56,379 bases of DNA, from positions 1-56,379 of the IMG/VR virus record IMGVR_UViG_3300030433_001954; one strand, given 5' to 3'. The position numbers were made by a program, and so were the translations under genes. The notes under the pieces are model-generated. The model searched no databases. It saw only the letters and a program-made list of their open reading frames with translations, and had not been told where the DNA came from. The DNA comes from a virus. Lineage: Duplodnaviria; Caudoviricetes. This document shows, piece after piece, positions 9,001 through 21,000 of the stretch (its first letter is position 1; every line of letters starts with the position of its first letter).

Positions 9001-12000
9001 GTATGTTAAGTTTGAAAGTCTTGGTGTAGGAACTCATACTATTAAGTATCCACCAATTACAATTTCTATCGAATCTACTTCTGAACTCGAAAGTATTCCT
9101 GTAATCACTCCTGTGGTTAAACCAATTGTATTGGGACAGATTGATGATGTCTTCGTAGAAGATGGTGGTGTTGGATATGGTGTTACTGACATCATTAACT
9201 TCCACAGAAGACCAAACGTAGGTGTAGGTTCTATTCTTTCTAATGCGGTTCTCAAGCCCATTATTATTAATGGAAGTATTACTGACGTAAAAATCATTAA
9301 CAGAGGAAAAGGATATAGAGTTGACTCGGATATTATTGTTCAGGGCGATGGTGATTTTGCTCAGTTGGATCCTGTTGTGGATTCTGAGGGTAAACTTCAG
9401 TCAATTAATATCGTTAATGGTGGTATTGGTTACGGAAGTAGTAATACATTCTTATCAATTCAAAACAGGGGCATTAATGCCAAGTTTATTGCTAATGTCA
9501 AGAGGTGGAAAGTAAACCAAGTTATTAAGAAGAAGAATACAATTAGTCCAGATGATGATGGTGTACTCTATCCATCCTTCAATCCAAACTTTGGGCTCCA
9601 GTTCTTTACTTTCTATCCTTCTAAGGTTCTAAGATTTGAAACTCAGGATAACTTCAATATCCTAAACAAAGAAGCAACCACAAATCTTCAGCACTCGCCC
9701 ATTCTAGGTTTTGCATATGATGGTAACCCCATCTATGGACCTTATGGTTACGACAAACCTGAAGGTGGTCCAATTCGTAGAATGACATCCAGTTATACTA
9801 ATAACCCAACAGTCAATCCACAATTAAGACCTCCTCAACAACAGGGTTACTTTACTAATGACTATGTTTATGATGGTTCTGGAGATTTAGACGAACATAA
9901 TGGTAGATTCTGCGTAACTCCTCAGTTCCCAGATGGAACATATGCATATTTCTACACTGTTAGTGTTGACCAATCCCAAATTTCTACTCCTGTATATCCA
10001 TATCTGGTTGGTCCAAGTTTCTATGATAATCCAATTGCAAACAACTTCTTACCGACTTATAATCAAGATGATTCAACCATCTTTACTACTGATCTAGTAA
10101 GAAATGTTTCTAATTACTATCTAACTAATGCAAACTCCGATTATCCATACATTGATAGAGTTGGTGAATCTTTCAAACAGGAATTCCGTGTAACTGACAT
10201 TCAGACATCTTCTATTGAAAATGCAATTGTCTTTACTGCTGGTAAAAACTATAAGATTGATGATATTGTACAAATTGATAATGGAAATTCAGGAGGCGGT
10301 GGCGCATCGGTTTCTGTATCTGAACTTGGTGGTAAAGAAATTGAATCTGTTGGTGTTACTGAAACTGAAATTAATAATGTAGAATTTAGAATCAGAAGTA
10401 CAGAAATTGAAGCAATCTGTTCACAACCTCACAACATTGAGGATCTGGAAGATGTCTTTATTTCTGGAGTTTCCACTATTACTGCAAGAGCAATCAATGG
10501 TGTTAAAGAAGCTAGAGTTAAATCCAAGTCAACAGAACTTCTAGAAGATATTCTAGATACTGGAGCAACGGGAGTTTCTACGTTTATTAAAGTCAAGGAT
10601 ACTTCTGGATTTAAATCCAATGATTTTATTAGTGTCGATGGTGAAACACTATTAATCACTGGTGTTTCTTCTCAAAGATCTGGTTTCTATGTAAACCGAG
10701 TTAATAATACAGGTATTCATACTATTGGAGATGGTCTCGTAGCACTTCTACCAAATAGATTCTCATTCAGCATCGTTGGTGAGATTGATGATTATACTTT
10801 TGAAAATACAACAACATTCTTTGATCCAAAAGAAACGGTAGGTACTGGTGTTGCAGGTACCACTAGAACTGTTGTTGGATTTGGTACAACAAGTTTTGAA
10901 GACAGATTCGTCCCAACTAGAAGTATCTACATTCCAAATCATAACTTCTTTACTGGTGAAAAGGTAATCTATAATGTTGGTACAAATGGTGCTCCACTAT
11001 ATGTCAACAATGTTGGTGTTGCTCAATCTTTTGGATTGACCAATGGACAAGAACTTTATACAGTAAACTTGGGTCTCAATTACATTGGACTATCAACAGT
11101 CGGATTTACGACAAATAGTTCTGATGGTATTGGAACAACCAAAAACTCCCTTGAGTTCTGGCCTTTTGATGACCAGTTTGGTATTGTTGGTGCTGCACAT
11201 TCTCTAACTAAAACTAACCAAAGAATTACTGGTGATGTCTTCAGAAATATTGGCATTATTACAACCAAAACAGCACACGGACTTCAAATTGGTGATGACT
11301 TCAGACTGAAGTTTACTGGTACTACGACGGATAGTTATAAAATTAAACTTGACACTATCAATAGAAAGGTACTAGTTGATGATATTTCTTTTGCGGATTC
11401 TAAAGTTGATCTGACAACAAACTCTATTGATATTTCTGGGTATTCTAAGTACAAGAAACTCAAGACAGGTGATAAAGTTGTTTATTATGCAGCAACTCCA
11501 ATCACAGGACTATACAATGGAAAAACATATTATATTCTGAAAGACTCCACAGATAAGATCAAACTATGTGAGTTTGAAGCGGATATCAATACTACATCAG
11601 CGGTTGATCTGACTGCTGTTGGATCTGGAACTGCTCATATGTTCCATCTAATCAATCCACCTCTAGATTTCTTCAGAGGAACTATTATTGAGTTTGATGT
11701 TTCAGACACGACTCTTGCTCAACTTGATATGGTATTCTCTAAGGATGTCAATCTCACTAAGAGACTTGATCTTCTTGGAACTGACGTAGATGGTTTTGCT
11801 ATCGATAGAGATGGTCAACCTGGAACTGCAGATGCTAAGATTACTGTTGACACTAGAAGTAAGTTCGTACCAGATAGTTTCTTCTACACCTTAGTTCCTA
11901 AGGGTGCTGCAGAACAATATAAGAAAGAGATTTCTTCTGACGATAGTATTGTTTCCGCAAATAAGATTACAATCAAACCTCATGGTTTGAATGATGAATT

Positions 12001-15000
12001 TAGTGTTGTTGGTCTTTCTACAGATAATGACAAGAGACTTACATTCGTTGTTAGAAACCCCCTGAACATCGTTGAAAAATCCGTTATCGGTAATTCTACT
12101 TACGAGTATACTACGACCTCTCAGAACGTCACTGGACCTATCAGTAAGGTTAGAATTAACTTTGCTGGTAGAGGATATACAAAACTACCAACAGTTTCCA
12201 GTATTGTTTCTGCTGCTGGTACAGATGGTGTTGTTAGATTTGAATCTTCTACTATCGGTAGAGTTGAAAGTCTGGAGAGAATTAAGGATGGATTTGACTA
12301 TCCAACAGATCCTACTCTAACACCTACCCTGAGTGTTCCAACTGTTGCAGGTATTAAGAACATTAGAACAATTGATAGAGTTGCAATTTCTACAGGTGGT
12401 AATAATTATTCTAGTGCTCCTGAACTCGTAGTACCAGCAAAACCAACCATTAAACTTATTGCAGTTACTCAATTTGGTTCAGTTGTTGATGTTATTGTAG
12501 ATAAGAATGACACTGCACTTGCAGATCCACTCACAATTATTTCTACTCGCAATAGTAATGGATTTGATATTGATGAGGTTACTCATAGTAATGATGTAGT
12601 TACTTTTGAACTTAATAATGATCCAGAAGTTAATCCATTCATCACTCTTGGTTATGGTCAAACTGGATATACTTTCCCATTCGCAATCGGTGATGAAGTA
12701 TTTGTAGAAAACTGCAGACTAACTAAAAATTCTAGAATCGCTGGTGAGAATAACTTCAACTCCATTCAGTATGATTATGCATTCTATCCTGTAACGGGAG
12801 TAAGTACTCTTAATCAAACTGTTACATGTGATCTCACTGGAATTTCTACTGGAACTCTTGGTGATTATGATGGTGAAATTACTCAAGGAACCATCATCAA
12901 TAAAAAAGACATGCCTGTCTTTAATATGGTTCTCAGTGATGATGTTAGATATCAGTCTGGGGAGAAAGTTACTGCACAATTCTTCAGTGGTAACGTAATG
13001 GAGAATGGTTGGGACAATGATGTCAACCAAATCAGAATTAATAACTCTATCGGTAACTTGTTTGTCAATGATAAACTGAGAGGTGAAAACTCCAAGATTA
13101 TTGGAACTGTAGATTATTTTAATACTTTTACTTTGAAGGCAAATCTTGGCGTTTCTAGAACCAAGACTCAAATTGCAGATATGTCCTCTGGTATTCTAAA
13201 TGATTACCAACAAAGTATTTCTGATAACTATTACTTCCAGAAGTTCTCTTATGAACTGAAGTCTACTATCCCATATTCTACTTGGAAGGAATCTGTTAAA
13301 TCTATTGTCCACCCATCTGGATTTAAAGAGTTCTCCAACTATAACATTGAAACTCAACCAACACTTGCAGAAGTAACTTCTGGTATTGCGAAGTCTACTT
13401 CAATGAAAGTTACTCTTGCAAATACTGCACCTACTTTGAGTGTTAATATTGATAGTGAAATGAGTTTCTTTGATAAGACTAATTTTGGTCTTGTTTATGA
13501 AGATGAACCCCTTGCAGACGGAAGCGTTAAAAAAGTCTTCTTCCCTGAGGGTGTAGAACTACAACCATATATCATTAACAGAACGAATAAAGTTCTTGCA
13601 GTTGATGATATCTCAAGTCAGTTCGATGGAACTGTTACTCAACAACTTAGAGGTAGATATGCAGATGCTGCAGATTTACTTGGATTGAATAGAGAATTTA
13701 TTCAAGAAGAAGTTGTTGCTAAAGTTGAGTACAACTATCCAAATATTGGATTGAGTACAACTTATAGTAGAGAGAAGTGTTTAAGAGATACTGGATTTAT
13801 TGTCGATGCAGTTGCACATGACCTTAAGTATAATTCTAATAATAAGTCTGTCGAAGCAGGTTTAACCTATTGGGATGCAGGTGTTTCTTATGTTGCAAAT
13901 GAAACAGCCGAGACTCTTTATGCATATCACTATGTCAAGTTTATTGGTCAATATGTAATCAATAACCAAACTCCTCCTACTCTCTATCAGACTGCAGTCA
14001 AACAGAGATTTAACTTTGAGGTTATTGATGATCCAGCAAACTTCTATCTGAACAGAAACAAAGATTCCAGAGACCTGATTGTTTTCAACAAAGAAGAAAT
14101 TCTTGATAAGTCTCTCGCATCTGTTTCTAAGGAATATCCTAACTTCTACTTCCCTGGTTCTCCTCAGACTGAACCGAGGTCTAGATATCTTCGTTCCTAT
14201 GGAATGATTCAAAATAACAGACAGGAAATCATTGACGAGGCATGGGATGAAACAGTTCTAATCTATAATGGCATTAGTGATAAGGAAGATAAGTACAAAC
14301 GTGAAATGGGTAAACTGGTTGATGCAGTTTCCATTGACACATTCCTTGGTGGTAACACTTATACTAGAGATTTCTCTGGTTTCTATTTTGATGGTGCGGG
14401 TAATCCAATCACAGATCCAGAACGTACATTTGTTGGTGAAGAGGCACAAACCATCTATGCATTCAGTCAGGCTAGAATCTTCATGGAGAAGGCGGTTTCT
14501 AACCAACTAACCATTAAAGATCTAACCGCACCTGTTGGACCTTCCACTTATGGTGATGGTGGACCTAATGTTGCAATTACATCTACTGCTGCTTGTGCAG
14601 ACGTTCAACAAACTCTTACAACTCTAACTCAAATTACAGTTGACGTAATTTCTGCTGGATCTACGATTGGTTTACCAACTGCAAATGTTGGAACGTACAC
14701 CACAGGTGGTCTGAAGTGTCGTCGCGATCTTCAATACATTGTTGATGGTGTTGCACAGGACATTGCATATGACACTAATCAACATACAGTAAGAAATACC
14801 AAGTTCTATTTCAAACCAGATGGTACTCAAAAACTTGATGGTCTTATTGGTGAAGAAAATGAATCTATCTACATCTTCGAGTCCTCTGCGGACTATATGC
14901 AAGATGCAATCACCAATCAACTGAACTATAAGGATCTAAGAATTCCTATTGATCCAGTAACTGGTGTAAACACTGATCCTAGCAATTACGCTGACATCCA

Positions 15001-18000
15001 AGCTGATATTGATACCTTAGTCGGTATTCTAACAGTTGCAATTGGAAACAGCAGTCTTGCAGGAATTCCTACAGTTGGATTTGGTACTGCAGATTGTGCC
15101 GATGTAAGACAATCTCTTGCAAATTATGTTGGAATTATTACTGGAATTATTGGATTTGGTACAGCTGTTGCACCAGAAATTTATTATCCTTCTAAGACTA
15201 GAGGTGGAATTGCAGTTGGACTATCCACATTCAGACTTAAGAATAATAACACAAGTCTATTCAAGCATGTCTTCAGTGAGGGTGCATTTGATATCGCCAA
15301 CAACATTATTAACATTGCTAACCACAATTTCCAAACTGGTCAAGAACTTCTCTTTGTTAAGGAGAATGGTGATGACGTTGGCATCGGAACAACTTCTTTC
15401 GTCGAAGATGCAACTCTCGATGTTGTAATGAACATCTCTGATACCTTCGGTGGTACGGCAGTTCTTGAAAATGGATATAACGTTGCAATCTCTGGAACCA
15501 TTAGTGGTATTTCTACAACATCTGTAGTTGATGCAGACTCCACAACACAATTTGTTCAGTGTATTGGATCTAATGGTGGTACTGGAACAGACGCAGAGTT
15601 TAGAGTATCAATTAACTATGATGGTTCTGGTGTTCCTATCTCCACATCCATTCAACCAACAGCGGGTGGTAGTGGATACGCAGTAGGTGATACAATCACA
15701 ATTGCTGGAACGCAGATGCAAGCAGCGTCTCCTGCAAACGACTTGACTTTCGTTGTTACTAAGACTGGACCTTCTGCAGTCGCTACTCAGGCAAATCAAT
15801 CTTACTCTAATGTCACTGCAGGAACTGATCCTGCTGGTGGTACTGGTGCAATCTTCAATGTCACCAGAGGTTCTTCTGGATACATCAGCGAAGTTGAGGT
15901 TGTTAATGGTGGTTCTGGTTATGCGTCTACATCTGTAATTACAATCGCTCAGGCTGGTATCGGTGGTACAGATTCTACGGATGACATTACAGTTACCCCA
16001 ACATTATTGGGTACGAAGACTATGCCTTCGACGGTATATTGCTTCAAGGTTACTGATAATCAGATCAAACTATTTGGTCTATCTACCACTGCAACTTTCA
16101 TCGATGTAACTGATGTCGGTGTTGGTACTTATAGTGTTGAGTATAAGGATCCAAATGCAAGTGCAATTATTACCATTGATGGTATCATTCAGACTCCACT
16201 GAGATTTAAGTCTCTAAGTGTAGATCTTAAGAATTCTATTGGATCTGCGACTACCACAATTGCTAAACTTGCTACTGGAGTTTCTTCTGTTAGAACTAAT
16301 GATGTTCTGAATATTGGTGCAGAATATGCACTTATTAAGTCTATCGGAGTCGGCGCAACTAATGAAGTTGTTCTGGAAAGAGGTTCATTTGGAACACCTG
16401 CTGCAGCACATACAGTTGGAGCAGCAGTAACAGTTCTAACAGGTGACTTCAACATTGTTGGTGATGTCATTCACTTCTCATCCCCACCATTCGGTAAGAT
16501 TGGACCTGCAGGTCTACAGACTGGTTCTATCTTTGGTGGTAGAGTCTTCAGTAGAACTTTTGATGCAGCTAAACCAGAAGATAAGAATATTCTATTCGAT
16601 GACCTTTCTCTAGCTTTCACTGGTGTTGCTGCAACTGAATTTGCAATTAAGTCTCAAAATCAGACGACAACAACAATCTTCAACGATGTAAACTCTGCTG
16701 TTGATATCAACAACAATCCTATCGTACTGATTAACAATGTACCACAGGATCCAATCGTTGATTATACAGTTGATGGACCTTCTGTGAACACTCTGAAGTT
16801 CCTCTCTGGAGTACCAAAGGCTGGTAAGATTTCCAAAGTTGAAATCACCAACAGCTTTGGATATGAACCAAAGATTGGCGCAGCTGCAACAGTCACCATC
16901 GATGATTTTGGTCAAATTGACACTATTACAATCAACGAAGGTGGTGCTGGATATCAGTCTGCACCTGATGTCAGTATTGCGTCCACAATCGGATATGGAG
17001 CAACAATCACTGCAACAGTCAGTGCTGCTGGTACAGTAAATGGACTGACAATCGTAAATGCAGGAACTGGATTCACTGGAACATCTCTACCAGAAATCAG
17101 AATTGGTATTCCAACAGGATATAGTAATCTGACCGCAGAATATACTGGCGGAACCAGTGGTGATGGACAAGATGCACGTCTTTCTGTAGTTGTTGGCCAG
17201 GGTTCCAGTGTCGTTGACTTTAAGATTGATAATCCTGGTATTGGATACAAGGTTGGTGATGTTATCAAGGCATCTGGTCTTATTGAAGGTTCTGGATTTA
17301 GAACTGATTCTCTATCGATTACAAACCTAGTCTATGATGAGACTACTGGATTCACAACCATTACAACTGGTTCTGCACATAATCTATCTGTTCTTGATAA
17401 TGTAAGAATTACTGGTGTTGGTTTGACTTGTGGATATGACGAAGTTGGTATTAAGTCCTTCACGTATGATAATGTAACTGGTATTTGCACAGTAACTACC
17501 TGGGATCCACATGGTGTTCTTACCTCTGATGTTGAGAGAAGACTTACACCTTCGACTGCAACTTATTGTCCACATACTGGATTTACCACACTTACAGTTT
17601 ATGGACACAGCCTGGAAGAAGGAGACTTCATCAGACTAGAAGATAATTCACTCACATTTACTTGTGCTCTTGATGGTCATGCAACACAACATACATATCC
17701 AAGATCCACTGATCCAGCTGCTGGTAAGTTCCTAGAGATTACGGATGTCACTGGTGATGAAGTTACAATCAATGTTGGTTCAGGTGGAACGGATACAAGC
17801 GCACATACATTTGTAAGTGCAACTGCTAATGCGATTACAGTTAAGGGTCTTAAGTCTAATCAGACTGCTGATGAAGTTTATCTCCACAACGTCAAGTTCC
17901 TTTGCACTGAAGAACATGCGGGCGTAACTACAGACATCTTCCCAGATGGAACTGCTCCATATGGTTTTGTCTTCCCTGCAATCTCCTCTCCAGGTGTAAC

Positions 18001-21000
18001 TACCTTCACAATGCAGGCAGGTGTTTCTACGATTCCTCATGTATTCGCAGGTTACACTGAACTGGGTATCTCCACATTCAACTACTCACAAAACTCTGGT
18101 GTTTGTGTTATTGAAACTCATGATGCACACCACCTGGTTGCAAATGAGTGGGTAACTCTTGCAGATCTCAAACTGAAGTGTACTGATGCAAATTATGATA
18201 ACTATGCAGGCATTACCTCAACCCTGTTCCCATATCGTGCAGGCGTAAACACTTATGGTGATGCATATCCTGCATCTTCTCCATCTGGTTTCTCCTTCAA
18301 GGTCACTCAGGTTGATGATGCAAATACTTTCCGAGTTAATGCAGGTATTTCCACAATCGTACACGCATACGAAGGATTTGGTGCGGTTCCTCTATATGGA
18401 TTTGATTATACCGAGTCTGTTGGTGTTACTACAATCACTCTCACCGAAGATCATGATCTTTCCGTTGGTGATTGGGTAAATCTGAAAGACATCATTCTAA
18501 ATTGCCCTGCACATGCAACTGGAATTACAACTTACAATGTAACTGCACTCGATTATAATGAAGTCGTTGGTATTGTCACTATTACTACAGATGCTGCTCA
18601 TGGACAAACAGTTGATGATTATGTAAGACTTGCAGATATCTTCTTGACATGTACTGCGGAACACGCTGGATTCTCTTCCACTAAGTTCCCATATCCTGCA
18701 GGTACTGATGACTATGGTGATGCATATCCTGCATCTTCTCCTAATGCACTATCTGGAACCTATGATACATTTAAGTTGATGGCAGGAACCACTGGATCCA
18801 CCATGGTAATTAACATCGGTGTTTCCACAATCCCACATTCTTATGATACTGGTGGTACTGCAAGCGTTGGTTTCACTACGAATAAGTTCCCATACGAAGG
18901 TTCTTCCCCACATGGAAGTACGTTCAAGGTTGATGCAGTTGGATCTACAACTTCTTTCACTTTCAATGCAGGTATTTCTACCATCGCACACGACTATGTT
19001 TCTGGTGGTACTGCACAAAGAGTCGGTATGACTCAGAAGGTACCAAGTGTACAGAGAGTTCTAAGATATACTGAAGATAGTACTGATGGAGCACTAGACT
19101 TCCTGGTCACCAAGGTTAATAGTTCCACTCAATACACAGTAAAAGCTGGAGTCAATACGATTCCACACTTCTATACTGCAAACACGGGCGTAACAACCTT
19201 CAGACAATTTGAAGAGTTCCAACTCAAGATCACTGAAGTTCAAACCGACAAGTTCTTTGGATTCTATCCTGGTCAATTCATTGCTTTCAACAGCATTGAG
19301 GATCAGTTCAACGGATTCAAGAAGAAGTTTACTTTGAGTGCAAATGTTGATGGTGTCAAGAAGATTCTTTCCCTGAGAGTTCCTGATGGAAGTGATCTAG
19401 ATGTTACCAATAACATCTTCATCTATCTGAATGATGTTCTTCAAGTCCCAGGTGTTGCATATGAGTTTAGAGGATCCAGAATCTTCTTCACTGAGGCACC
19501 ACTTGAGGGATCCAGTTGCAGTATCCTTTACTACAGAGGTTCTTCTTCAGACGTTGAAGAAATTGATCCACCTAAGACTATTAAAGTTGGTGATCAAATT
19601 CAAATTAACGAAAGTCGTCTTGACGCTTATGACATTGATCAGTTTGATAGAACGGTACAAAAGATCGTTGCTACTGATCAACTAGAAACCTTTGTTTATG
19701 GTAGTATCGGAATTGATACCAATACAGATAAACGTAGACCTGTGACTTGGAGAAAACAGAGGAATGATAAGATCATTACTGGAGCACTATTCCCCAAATC
19801 TAGACCTCAATATACATCCGTAATCAGACCAAGTGCAACTATTATCAATGAGATTCAACCAGGTGACACTACAATTTACGTAGATAATGCATATCCAGTC
19901 TTTAGTGATTTGGATAACTTGAATGAGAACATTAGAGACATTTTGATCATCGAGGATAAAGAAACAGAAAGTGCCGTTGCGGTTGCAAATGTTTCTACTT
20001 CTTCCAGCATCACCTCCATTGGAGTATCCAGTGGTGGAGTTGGTTATGCAAATACTTTAAGTCCAATCGTAACAATTTCTGCTTCCGCAATCACAAGAAA
20101 AGATCCTATCTTTAACTGGGAAGGCGGAACCATTAGTGGAATCACTGGTATTACAACTTACACTATTTTCAATCACATTGATAAGGGAACTGCACAGAGA
20201 AGATTTGTTGCAGTTGGTAATAGTTCACTATTTGCATCTTCACTTGATCTCGAAACATGGTCTGCTTCTGAAATCGTCACGGGCGCGGGCAATACGTACC
20301 ACTTCAATTCCGTAGTTTCTACGGGTCTTGGAAATACTGATCATGTTGTTGCAGTCGGTCAATCCGCAATGATCTGGAAAGCAACTGCATCGGATACCGC
20401 AGTTACTTCGTTTGAAAGACTCCCAATCTTTGAACAACAATCTCTCGCAGGATTTGGTGTTATTAATACCAATCTGACTACGTTCACGGATACGATCAAT
20501 GATATTATCTACGAACCACTAAATGACAAGTACGTTGCAGTTGGTGCAGGTGGTTCTGCGTTCGTTGCAACTGGTATTGGATCTACGTGTTTCTTCAACA
20601 GATACACTGGAATTCTTAATAACATTAATGCAGTCGCACATAGTCCACAACTTGGATATTTTGTTGGTGTTTGTAGTGGAGGTAAGATTATTAATTCTTC
20701 TACCGCAGAAATTTGGTCACAGAATCCAACTCCAACAATTAGGAACTTGGAATGTGTTATTTGGGATGGATCTAATTTCATTGCCGCGGGCGAAAATGCA
20801 ACAATTGTTAAGTCGGTTACCAGAGAACAATACGTTGTTGTCAACAATAATATCGGTGCTTCTAACAGAATTGTTGATCTTCAATATCATAATGATCTAT
20901 ATGTTGCAATCACTGATAGTGGAAAACTCTACTACTCCTTTGACCTTGCTGTTTGGGACGAGAGGGGAACTAAACAAAATAATGACTTGAAAACTATCTT

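Noticed and set aside
13649-15154. Interpreting the cassette as an intact captured cpc/apc/cpe gene
   Set aside because: It is in frame within gp7, nested, lacks the N-terminal X/Y helices and the YYLR.VTY consensus; at most it is a diverged, co-opted domain
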